A stretch of DNA of 41,093 nucleotides from a bacterium (GTDB taxonomy: Bacteria; SZUA-182; DTGQ01). Below the pieces are notes generated by a model. That model ran no database searches, had not been told where the DNA came from, and saw nothing but the letters and a program-made list of their open reading frames with translations. A program made the position numbers and the translations under genes. This document shows, piece by piece, positions 29,835 through 38,225 of this stretch; position 1 is the stretch's first letter, and each line of letters starts with the position of its first letter. The stretch covers positions 1 to 41,093 of the forward strand of contig JBFMGO010000042.1 of the NCBI GenBank assembly GCA_040752695.1. The letters are read 5' to 3'.

Positions 29835-30951
29835 GTGCGGTTGGGGTAACCCGATGGTGCGAAGCTCTCGGAACAATGTAGCCTCAACTGTAGCTGAGTT
29901 GGCAGCCGAACCGTGAGGAGAAGCTGCGACTGCCAGCCCTCTGGTGGTCGGGAACTAGGGTTGAGTGGTATGGTCAACATAAGTGAATCGCCGTAAGCGT
30001 CGTAACGAAAGGCAAGCCAAAAGGGCTGACAGGCCTGGACCAAAAGGTAAGTGGCCAGGTACGGAGGTTTCTTCCTCCTCCGTCGCAGATGTTGAGCCAC
30101 CGGCGTACAGGCGGGACCTAACCATTCGTGGTACTTATGCGGAACGTGGTAACCCCGTATCTCTCCTCTGAATGAGGAAGGCAGTACCGCAAGGACGGCT
30201 GATAGAGATGCGGGAGAACGAGGACTGAAGAAGCGAAAGCCGTCCGGTAATAGGAATGGATACAGGCTGAAAACATTGCCTGGCTCGAAAGAGAGCTGAC
30301 GTCAGTCTGGTGCTTTATTGCGAGAGAGTTTGAAGAACCTTTGAATGAGGGAACGCAAATGGTGATTGTACAAACAATCGGTGCCCCCGATGACAGAGCA
30401 GCAGCGGAATGGAAATGGATCATATGGGATAAAGTTCACCGCTCTGTGAAAAGGCTGCAAATGCGTATCGCAAAGGCAATCAGGGAAGGAAAACGCAGTA
30501 AAGCGAAAGCCTTACAGTGGCTTCTTACCCACTCGTATTGTGCCAGATTACTGGCAGTCAAGCGAGTCACAGAAAACGAAGGAAGGAAAACCCCTGGTGT
30601 AGACGGAGAAATCTGGAACACACCACAGAAGAAAGTGCAGGCCATACAATCACTCCAACGACATGGATACCGCCCTAAGCCGTTAAGACGCATTTATATT
30701 CCCAAGAATAATGGCAAACTGCGCCCTTTAAGTATTCCAGTGTTAAACCTGAAGTCATGATTGGACAGCTCAACTCGAAAATTCGCGGATGGGCTAACTA
30801 TCACAGGTACATTGGCGCGGCCAAGACCTTCAGACATGTGGACATGCACATCTTTAAAGGTATTTGGAGTTGGGCGAAGAAAAGACATCCAAACAAAGGG
30901 GCGGACTGGATCAGAAGAAAATACTTCTCTAAGGGGGCTGGTAATAGCAAC
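29835..30951 (+). mobile_element. Group II intron remnant: 5' ribozyme domains present, ORF internally deleted, domains V-VI missing
   Basis: GTGCG 5' end at 29835; ~520 nt structured leader (gaacgtggtaaccccg..., gaagaagcgaaagcc...); RT ORF follows; no GAGCCG...GAAA...CGGTTC domain V downstream. Confidence 0.85.
30359..30951 (+). pseudogene. ltrA: Group II intron RT/maturase pseudogene: RVT_N plus start of RT joined out of frame to domain X
   Basis: W..I.W.KV..SVKRLQMRIAKA...NEGRKTPGVDG...RRIYIPKNNGKLRPLSIP, then at ~30740 jumps to LNSKIRGWANYH...WAKKRHPNK...KYF; no YADD. Confidence 0.9.
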
Positions 30952-31165
30952 CGAAAATTGACAGTATGAAGCTCCAACTTCATACAAGAGGGAGCGGTAT
31001 GTCTAAAAATGACTTAATCTTGGTAAAAACGCTTTGAAAACAAAGGGAAATTGGCAAACAGAAGAGAAAAACTCCTCCTCAAAAGGGATCTTCCTCATTC
31101 TTGGCAAGATTCCTGCTAAAAAAGGGGAGTTTTTGTTGACCATGGGAACTTATGAATAATTCGGG
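30952..31165 (+). mobile_element. Probable IS1380-family right end
   Basis: Ends acttatgaataattcggg (reverse complement CCCGAATTATTCATAAG, resembling IS1380-family IRs as I recall them); abuts a 5'-truncated gene. Confidence 0.5.
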
Positions 31166-31384
31166 TCAGGTTACGAGAATAGACGTAATGTTGAAAAAGT
31201 TGCAGGCACCCCGAAAGAGGTGGAGAAAGCCTTTGGTTTGGATGCTGGAACTTTGGCTAATCTGAGGACTGAATGCAAGGGGCCGAAATATAGGAAAGTG
31301 GGCCGCCGGATAATTTATATGTTCAAGGATATCCAAGAGTGGCTTGACCAGCATATAGTCCTTACGAAAGATTCCCTCTTGTAA
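31166..31384 (+). pseudogene. 5'-truncated excisionase-like helix-turn-helix (HTH_17/MerR-like) gene, absent from the ORF track
   Basis: SGYENRRNVEKVAGTPKEVEKAFGLDAGTLANLRTECKGPKYRKVGRRIIYMFKDIQEWLDQHIVLTKDSLL*; no N-terminal start, and an in-frame stop lies in the putative IS end. Confidence 0.7.
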
Positions 31385-31455
31385 GTCATACCAAAGGTGT
31401 TATCTGCTTCATCTCTGATAATCTAACAGGGGGCCAATAGGGGGCCAAGAAATGA

Positions 31456-31490
31456 GAAAGGGGTTAGATCGTATGACCTAACCCCTTGAT
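31456..31490 (-). terminator. Terminator downstream of the tRNA 3' end
   Basis: aaggggttag...ctaacccctt stem, followed on the minus strand by tttctcattt. Confidence 0.75.
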
Positions 31491-31495
31491 TTTCA

Positions 31496-31544
31496 TGGTG
31501 GAGCTGATGGGATTCGAACCCACGGCCTTTTGACTGCCAGTCAA
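31496..31544 (-). tRNA. 3' half of tRNA-Ala(GGC), the prophage att-site duplication; not a full tRNA
   Basis: Minus strand TTGACTGGCAGTCAAAAGGCCGTGGGTTCGAATCCCATCAGCTCCACCA: anticodon arm, T-arm, acceptor 3' strand and CCA; no D-arm or 5' acceptor strand upstream. Confidence 0.85.
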
Positions 31545-31658
31545 TTCCTCTGAATTTCCTACACTCCTCAAATTAAACTAACTAACTGAAATTACTAGAT
31601 ATTACCTTGGTAAACTTTTTCTGAATTTTACCTGCTCTGGCAGGGTTTGGAACATTTT

Positions 31659-31694
31659 TCACTCACAGATTCACTCACGGAATCACTCATAGGC
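31659..31694. repeat. Three 12-bp-phased direct repeats, candidate integrase arm-type sites
   Basis: tcactcacagat tcactcacggaa tcactcataggc, ~115 bp inside the att core. Confidence 0.6.
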
Positions 31695-31710
31695 GCTTAC
31701 CGCGTTCACA

Positions 31711-31971
31711 TTAGGTACTTTCGGCTAAACTGTTTTGTTTGATTACCTGCACTGCAATTTCTGCCAGGAGGTTCAAGACGGATTCCTTGACCTTTGGCAT
31801 CTGGGACTTTAGCTGGTGAATGAGTGCTTTTCTGCGTTCCGCATTCGTGATTATCGCAGGATCGTCCGCGATTTTCTGGGCCGCCACAATGGCAATGGCT
31901 AATGCCTCGTTTGCAAATTCTCCTACCAAACGAAAGAGTAACATAAGTACCAATTCCTTGAAGTCCATCAT
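31711..31971 (-). CDS. Small phage lysis-region protein (86 aa), possible holin or accessory lysis protein
   Basis: GGAGGT RBS then Met-Met at 31971; hydrophobic N-terminus; directly downstream of the endolysin. Confidence 0.55.
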   Translation of the reverse strand: MMDFKELVLMLLFRLVGEFANEALAIAIVAAQKIADDPAIITNAERRKALIHQLKSQMPKVKESVLNLLAEIAVQVIKQNSLAEST

Positions 31972-32017
31972 AACAGGGACACCTCCGTAAGAATGGGACA
32001 ATTGATACGATTTAGTA

Positions 32018-32614
32018 TTAGGCCCAACCATGGTTCTGGAACCATCCGGCGCGGTCGAGCACGTTTTCAGAGTAATTTTTGCCGGTGGTATAGAAGTCGA
32101 TACCTTCACCTGTCTGGATCGCTTTTAACATTCTTGATGGGCCGCAGTTGTAAGCGGCCAGTGCCATCTGAAGAAAATCCTGATCTTCGAATCCCCGCTC
32201 ATTCGCGGCACTTATGTTTTTCCTGATATAGGCAAGGCAGTCCGTTAAGACCTTGCACCCGTAGAAGATATTTTCGCGGGGATCTCGCCAATTCCCTGTT
32301 CTGGCAAAGAGGTGAGCATCCCAATCGATCTGCATCAGGCCCCGTCCGAACCCCATCCCGTCAGGAGGCAAGGGGCCTTTCCTTAATTTGGTGGGGAATT
32401 TTCTCTCCGCACAATCTCCCGTTCCCGCAGGCCCAGGTGGCTTTAATGCCAGTCCCCACTTGGATTCCCGGGAACCTAACCCGGCGATAATCGATGGTTG
32501 GAGATTGTACCGTTGGCTGGCCTCCAGGATGATGTCCCAATACAGGCCAGCTTCTGTCTTGTGCGAGAGCAGGTATGGATTATTAATGGTATATTTTGTG
32601 TCGAGTTTAACCAT
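32018..32614 (-). CDS. Endolysin, GH23 lytic transglycosylase / goose-type lysozyme-like
   Basis: IIAGLGSRES (catalytic Glu), GRGLMQID, ALAAYNCG, TTGKNYS. Confidence 0.9.
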   Translation of the reverse strand: MVKLDTKYTINNPYLLSHKTEAGLYWDIILEASQRYNLQPSIIAGLGSRESKWGLALKPPGPAGTGDCAERKFPTKLRKGPLPPDGMGFGRGLMQIDWDAHLFARTGNWRDPRENIFYGCKVLTDCLAYIRKNISAANERGFEDQDFLQMALAAYNCGPSRMLKAIQTGEGIDFYTTGKNYSENVLDRAGWFQNHGWA

Positions 32615-32634
32615 TGGGTATTTCCTATGATTTT

Positions 32635-32871
32635 TTATCTCTTGGTTTTGCGATCTTCTTTTTTGCTGAGAGCATCCTTAATGGCATCCAACTTATCATT
32701 TATCCTCTGATGGTCTTCCCGATTTTCCCTTAAGATTTCGTGTAAATCCTCTTTCAGAACATATTTTTCAGACATCGTGCGACGGGTTTTTACATTATCC
32801 AGTATCAACGCCCCGGTGATCATCCCAAAGAGAGCCAGCAGCCATTCTGTACCTTTATCAACCCATTGCAT
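32635..32871 (-). CDS. Holin-like single-TM protein with coiled-coil tail
   Basis: WLLALFGMITGALIL, then a charged heptad-like region; immediately upstream of the endolysin. Confidence 0.55.
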   Translation of the reverse strand: MQWVDKGTEWLLALFGMITGALILDNVKTRRTMSEKYVLKEDLHEILRENREDHQRINDKLDAIKDALSKKEDRKTKR

Positions 32872-32926
32872 GTGTAAGCTCCGCCCCTGTTGAACATGAA
32901 GATGAACATATATGCAGATATGTATA

Positions 32927-34204
32927 TTAACAGGTATAGAATAATATATATATTTTCACAAGTTTATCGAGTGCAAGAGTAGTGAGATCCAAAGCGACTC
33001 CGGATGTGTTTGTTAATGAAATAGCGACTCCGTTATTTACTACGGCTGAGGCTATATAATAAAGTCCCGTATTATTAAAGGTAATACTGCACATTAAGAC
33101 CCGTGCTACATCGACATCTGTGTTGACCGTTAAAACTGTCCCATCTGCATTTAATGACATGACAACATTACTGCCATTTTTGCCTATGGTATACTGGCCA
33201 AAACCTGCATTGGTGAGATTATCCGCCCAAACATCGATGTCCGATCCCCCATTGCCTCGGATATTGACCGCTTCTGCACGCATAACGCAAAAGGCAGTTT
33301 GATCGCCCAGCACCAGGTGGTAAGGAATCCCATGTATCCATGTAAAGCCATCCTCACAGATAGCGTTAATTCCACCTGCTGTAGCCCGGATTCCATCACA
33401 GGCCCGATTGATTTCCGCTGCTGTGGCCGCCAAGCCCAGATTGACAAGAGCTCCTTCTGGGGTGCTCGATCCTGTGCCGCCTCCGGAAACCGGCAGAACC
33501 GCCGCTGTGTGGAGAAGGTTCGATACGCCATCCCTGATGCTGATCAGGTTGGTGGCAAATCCCGATGCATCGGTGAGAGGGGTGGCGATTCCCCCAGGGC
33601 CTGTTTGTATAATCTGGCCATCAACGATGTTGCATTTTTTCCCTGCACGAACGGTGAATGCGGTGGTTACCGTGCCAGATCCGGTATTTTTCACGATGAG
33701 GTTGTCGTGGCTGTTATTGTCACCGTTAAAGGCGATGGCCTCAGCAATCGTGCCAGTATGGGAGAGTTCAAGGAGAAAGTCCCCTTCGGTCTCGACATCA
33801 TTGCCAAACGAGATCACGGTGGCCAAAGCGGTCGAGCAGGTAATCTTTACCCCTTTTTTCATCTTCAATTTGATGCCTGACGGGATAGTTAAGATAGAGG
33901 TAATCGCCTGGTCTGTGTTAATGAGGACACGATCCCCTGCTGCCGGAGAATCAGCCAGGTAGGCTGCCAGGGTGGCATAATCGCCCTCGTGATCCGGGGT
34001 GTCGATGATGGTGTTATACTCCATCGTCACCCGGCCAAAGTACTGGAGCCATTTCGAGACCAGGTTCCAAAACCAGTTGAAGTGCTGAAAGGCAGGCTTT
34101 TCTCCGGATAACCAGCCCGTGGCCTGCTTCGATGCACTCGGTGCGATGATCTTTGACGGGTCGTTATCCGGAATCCAGTCCGGGGTTTCTGCTGGACGTG
34201 ACAT
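32927..34204 (-). CDS. Phage tail fibre/spike-like protein
   Basis: AAGGAGG RBS; GWLSGEKPAFQHFNWFWN fibre N-terminal motif; LPVSGGGTGSSTPEGALVNLGL fibre motif. Confidence 0.7.
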   Translation of the reverse strand: MSRPAETPDWIPDNDPSKIIAPSASKQATGWLSGEKPAFQHFNWFWNLVSKWLQYFGRVTMEYNTIIDTPDHEGDYATLAAYLADSPAAGDRVLINTDQAITSILTIPSGIKLKMKKGVKITCSTALATVISFGNDVETEGDFLLELSHTGTIAEAIAFNGDNNSHDNLIVKNTGSGTVTTAFTVRAGKKCNIVDGQIIQTGPGGIATPLTDASGFATNLISIRDGVSNLLHTAAVLPVSGGGTGSSTPEGALVNLGLAATAAEINRACDGIRATAGGINAICEDGFTWIHGIPYHLVLGDQTAFCVMRAEAVNIRGNGGSDIDVWADNLTNAGFGQYTIGKNGSNVVMSLNADGTVLTVNTDVDVARVLMCSITFNNTGLYYIASAVVNNGVAISLTNTSGVALDLTTLALDKLVKIYILFYTC

Positions 34205-34233
34205 AAGTTAATCGCCTCCTTATCTTCAGTTTA

Positions 34234-34289
34234 AAGGTACCCAGTTATTTCAAGGCTGCCCTGTTAGTTCAAGGCTACCCAGTTAGTAT
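34234..34289. repeat. Three ~19-bp tandem repeats upstream of the fibre gene
   Basis: aaggtacccagttatttc aaggctgccctgttagttc aaggctacccagttagtat. Confidence 0.75.
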
Positions 34290-34459
34290 TTCCGGTTCCC
34301 GTCGATTTATACCACTGGGTATTACTCGTATCCAGCAGCTCTTTGGACAATCTCAAAGTTGCTGAGAGAAACTTCTCATTTTATTGAGAGAAAAATTATA
34401 GCATGAAAAATGAGAAGTTAAAGATATTGATTATTATGGTGGTAAAATATGCGGCAAAT

Positions 34460-35497
34460 TTAAGTAATATTTATGGAGTCACATAAGTAGCGAGCAGATA
34501 TTGAAGCACTTGAGCTGTTAGGTTGAAAATATAAATTGCAGGTCCTGGTGCCACAATATACAGTTGAATTCCACTTTCCACCAAAATGAGCGCTAATAAA
34601 AGAAAAGTATCCCTGGCAATAAACATGCCCAGCATAATAGTTTACCCACTCGAATGGGGCAGAAGCATCTGCCGAACCGGTAGTTGCGTTCTGGGTATAA
34701 ACAGCCCCAGCGTTCTCTTGATGAGAGTGGTTAAAGCTAGCAGCGCGAAAATTATAACTTATTCCAAATTGTTCGAATACACCGGTACAATCTTCAACCC
34801 CAATCGTAGATTTTATACGAGCAAGATTAGTAGCTACATGCCCGCCAGTCGTTACAGGGTTAGCAGATCCTTGTATATTCACCCCTTCAGGAGATCCTGA
34901 TGCGAAGGTGGAGAATTGTTCATAAGTACACAATTGCTTCCCAACATTAGCACCTTTCCTAACAAAATCAAGCTGATTAACTGTGTTTAAAACAGTGCCA
35001 TGATATGCGCTAGAGACGCCATTTGAGCCATTATCTGATGGTAAATATATGTCAACCCATTTGTTAATACCAGAGCAATACACCATCCCCCTGGGGTCAG
35101 GGCACGAGGGCCGAAAATCCAAGTCCCAAATTGAGTATTGTAAGATTGATCCATCAGGGTTATTATGGAACCCGCCTATCTTCCTGCTATTAGACGAATC
35201 ATAGCCTTGTGGGTATGTGGAATTTATGCTTATTTTAAAGACCGGAGTAACACCGCTTGCAGGTATGCAGGCATAGACGAAATAGTCTTTGCCGTTTTCC
35301 TCAGCGCCTGTGTCGAGATCAGACCATCCGAGTTGAATATCGGTATCGACAACTATAATAGAACTGCCAACGCGAAGATATTGCTCGGCACATACCTTTA
35401 TGTTAGCAACACCAATATAATCTAACACCCTGCTAGTACCAAACTTTTCACGATTTAAGGCCATCAATGTATCGACCTGTAATATGCGATTAGACAT
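34460..35497 (-). CDS. Major tropism determinant (Mtd)-like receptor-binding protein, copy 2
   Basis: DLDTG...GKDYFVYAC...NSRKIGGFH, SIWDL.FRP..PDPRGMV, WVDIYL, GVEDCTG, C-terminal FGGKWN..YCGTR.CN...PNSSSASISARYLCD (C-type lectin fold end). Confidence 0.8.
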   Translation of the reverse strand: MSNRILQVDTLMALNREKFGTSRVLDYIGVANIKVCAEQYLRVGSSIIVVDTDIQLGWSDLDTGAEENGKDYFVYACIPASGVTPVFKISINSTYPQGYDSSNSRKIGGFHNNPDGSILQYSIWDLDFRPSCPDPRGMVYCSGINKWVDIYLPSDNGSNGVSSAYHGTVLNTVNQLDFVRKGANVGKQLCTYEQFSTFASGSPEGVNIQGSANPVTTGGHVATNLARIKSTIGVEDCTGVFEQFGISYNFRAASFNHSHQENAGAVYTQNATTGSADASAPFEWVNYYAGHVYCQGYFSFISAHFGGKWNSTVYCGTRTCNLYFQPNSSSASISARYLCDSINIT

Positions 35498-35536
35498 GAT
35501 TAATCCCCTTATATAATACGTTACCTCAGGCAGTGC

Positions 35537-36583
35537 CTACCTCTGAATTGCCGCACACACGAAACGGGCGGAGATTCCGGCATCTGATTGATACGGAGCG
35601 TAAAATAGATTCTGGCATAATGGTCCACAGTTCACACCAACGTCCCATTTACCTCCAAATACAGGCTCAATCAACCCTTTTGCCCCCTGTTGATATATCT
35701 GCCCTTTTCCGCTTGGGAGGGCATAATAACTAAAAGCAGGAGTTAAAGTCGGGGTATTGGTATTGGCATTCTGAGTATACTCAGGATCCTGATTCTCGGT
35801 GTGTGTATGGTCAAATCCTTGTGCCGCATGATTCATGCCCATTCCCCATTGGTATATAACTCCGACGCAATCCTCTACCCCAATGGTGCTAACGATGCGA
35901 GACGCATCCGTGGCTGTATGGCCGCCTGTAGCGACAGGGTCTGCCGATCCTTCTATATTCACCTCGATTGGTGATCCGTCAGCGTACACCTGGAATTCAT
36001 CATACCTGGTGAGCCTCTTTCCTACTTTTGCCCCTCTATCGACGAAATCATAATGGGAAAGAGTGTCGAGGATCGTACCTCCAAATACGCTTTGTACTCC
36101 CCCTGCTCCGTCGTCTGAGGGTAGGTAAATATCCACCCACCTGTTAATACCGAAACAATACACCATGCCCCTGGGATCAGGGCAGGAGGGGTGAAAATCG
36201 AGATCCCAGATGGAGTATTGCAGGATGTCTCCATCAGGATTATTGTGGAACCCTCCGATTTTCCTGCTATTAGTGGAATTATACCCCTGAGGGTATGTGG
36301 AATTGAGGCTGATTTTAAATACAGGGGTATCACCACTTGCAGGAAGACATGCGTAAACAAAATAATCTTTGCCGATTTCCTCTTCTCCTGTATCAAGGTC
36401 TGACCAGCCAAGCTGAATATCGGTAGCAATAGCCACGATTGAATCAGCAATCCTGATAAATTGTTCGGCACATACCTTTATGTTGGCAGCATCGATAAAT
36501 TCCAGTATTCTGGTAGTACCGACTTTTTTGTGGTTAATTCCAACCAAAATCGATACTCCGGCACGACACAATGTAATGCTCAT
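35537..36583 (-). CDS. Major tropism determinant (Mtd)-like receptor-binding protein, copy 1
   Basis: Same motifs as 34460..35497; C-terminus FGGKWD.GVNCG..CQN...APYQSDAGISARFVC. Confidence 0.8.
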   Translation of the reverse strand: MSITLCRAGVSILVGINHKKVGTTRILEFIDAANIKVCAEQFIRIADSIVAIATDIQLGWSDLDTGEEEIGKDYFVYACLPASGDTPVFKISLNSTYPQGYNSTNSRKIGGFHNNPDGDILQYSIWDLDFHPSCPDPRGMVYCFGINRWVDIYLPSDDGAGGVQSVFGGTILDTLSHYDFVDRGAKVGKRLTRYDEFQVYADGSPIEVNIEGSADPVATGGHTATDASRIVSTIGVEDCVGVIYQWGMGMNHAAQGFDHTHTENQDPEYTQNANTNTPTLTPAFSYYALPSGKGQIYQQGAKGLIEPVFGGKWDVGVNCGPLCQNLFYAPYQSDAGISARFVCAAIQR

Positions 36584-36607
36584 TGCCTCACCTGCTTTCG
36601 CCCTTAA

Positions 36608-37195
36608 TCAAACATTCAATCTGGAGTCAATAATGCCTTGTACTTGAGATATCAAGGCATTTAAAATTTCTCCGGCAGTATCCTGAGCGATATCACGATT
36701 GGGATTAACCAAAGCTGAAACCAGGGATTCAGTCCCTGAACCGATCAGGCCAAAAAAGATTTCATCTGGCATCCAATCGGGATGATTATCGAGATCGAGG
36801 GATAAGTTGACGGATAAGTTATGCAGGGAATCTTCTATCTCCTCGATCTCATCGTTTTGAACCATCTCAGACATTGCAACGAGCTGCTTGAGAAATGGTT
36901 GAATGGCATCTACCGTCTCAATAAGACTATTGACTTTTGTAACATCCAAACCAATGAGGAAAATGGATCCCCCTGGATTATCAACCTCGGTCCAATCGAT
37001 TGGCTGGACAGGTTGACCGTCAACCAGTGTCTCAGGATTCTCAGGATCACATCCTTCAGGCCAGACGGGCTCACGTCTTTTAGCAGTATTTAAAAGAGCC
37101 TGTAAGGCAGATTTTGTCATCTCCGGATCAAGGTCAGCTCTTATAACATTAATGATGTCCTGCTTTGAGTTAAAATATTTTGGATATCCCTTCAT
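36608..37195 (-). CDS. Phage tail-region hypothetical protein
   Basis: GGAG RBS; MKGYPKYFNSKQD start; co-oriented between fibre-like and Mtd-like genes. Confidence 0.7.
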   Translation of the reverse strand: MKGYPKYFNSKQDIINVIRADLDPEMTKSALQALLNTAKRREPVWPEGCDPENPETLVDGQPVQPIDWTEVDNPGGSIFLIGLDVTKVNSLIETVDAIQPFLKQLVAMSEMVQNDEIEEIEDSLHNLSVNLSLDLDNHPDWMPDEIFFGLIGSGTESLVSALVNPNRDIAQDTAGEILNALISQVQGIIDSRLNV

Positions 37196-37258
37196 GCTCC
37201 ACTCCTTCCTGATGTAAATAACCTATTTAAGTCTACTCAATTCTTTTGTCTGGTCTCG

Positions 37259-38191
37259 TTAAATCTGGCTTAAGTTTTTCCTGATAAAGAGCCTTTTATC
37301 ATGGTCATAGTCGTAATCCCTTAAAAGAGAAGCAAAATTCTTCCTTTCTCCTCTTGCTCTTTGCCTCAACTCTTTAATATTTTGCATAGGATAATTAAAT
37401 AAAACGATTTCCTGGGCTTCTTCGAGATTTATTCCGCTACTACTTATTGGAGGAATAAAATCCGCTGGCTTTTCGGATAGTCCCCAATAGCCTGGTGGAG
37501 GATCATCGCATTCCCAAACATGTAAAATGACTCCATCCTTTTGAATCGCATAAATAAATGGCTTGTCTGAAGAAGTTATATACTGATATACAACCCCATA
37601 AAGATATACATGCGGGGTATATATTGGTTTTAAGCAAAACCTAGCTGTAGTGCTCCAATCAAAATATTGATAATAACAAGATAAATATATATCTACCTCC
37701 TCACCATCAGCATAAATATTTGGGGAAAAACAGTAATCTTGCAATTGGAAATAGGTTTCATTGTTTCCAATTCCGCTGATACTTCCAGTACTTGTTTTTA
37801 ATCCATTTCTTGTGATTAAACCACCTCCGGTAATATCAGACAGATGCTTCCCATCCAGTTTATCAGCATCGAATCCATTTCCGCTTCCCTGTCTGGCTCC
37901 ATGCACAGTTGTGGTAGCCGTACTCTGGGCGTAATGCCCAGCAGGTACTCCGCTTGATGTTAACTCCCATAGATCTATCCAGCCATTATTGTCCTTATTT
38001 CGTTGCCTCAAGACCCAGTTCCCTGTGGCCGGAGTGTATAACCAAAACATGCCTGCGCTGTGTGTAGAATCTATGATGGGAGCAGCGCTGCCGCGATGAC
38101 ATTTGATCAACTGTAAAAAATTCTCTCTGATCTGCTCTATATCTACCAGTGCTTCATTGGAAATAGCCGGTGAATTATAATTGAAAGCCAT
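37259..38191 (-). CDS. Phage tail fibre-like protein
   Basis: GAGG RBS before MAFNYNSP; GMFWLYT...W.LRQRN..NNGWI and GSGNGFDADKLDGKH fibre motifs. Confidence 0.65.
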   Translation of the reverse strand: MAFNYNSPAISNEALVDIEQIRENFLQLIKCHRGSAAPIIDSTHSAGMFWLYTPATGNWVLRQRNKDNNGWIDLWELTSSGVPAGHYAQSTATTTVHGARQGSGNGFDADKLDGKHLSDITGGGLITRNGLKTSTGSISGIGNNETYFQLQDYCFSPNIYADGEEVDIYLSCYYQYFDWSTTARFCLKPIYTPHVYLYGVVYQYITSSDKPFIYAIQKDGVILHVWECDDPPPGYWGLSEKPADFIPPISSSGINLEEAQEIVLFNYPMQNIKELRQRARGERKNFASLLRDYDYDHDKRLFIRKNLSQI

Positions 38192-38225
38192 AATTATCCT
38201 CTCTTTACCCTCTCTTTGCCGTTTA

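Noticed and set aside
31496..31575. Intact tRNA gene
   Set aside because: Only the anticodon arm to CCA is present; the upstream sequence cannot form a D-arm or acceptor stem.
31972..32109. 132-aa version of the last lysis-region ORF
   Set aside because: It overlaps the endolysin; the GGAGGT RBS supports a start at 31971.
30341..36583. Complete diversity-generating retroelement using the nearby RT and the Mtd-like genes
   Set aside because: The RT is a group II intron type (RVT_N, domain X, intron RNA leader), lacks YADD and lies outside the att boundary; no template repeat was found.
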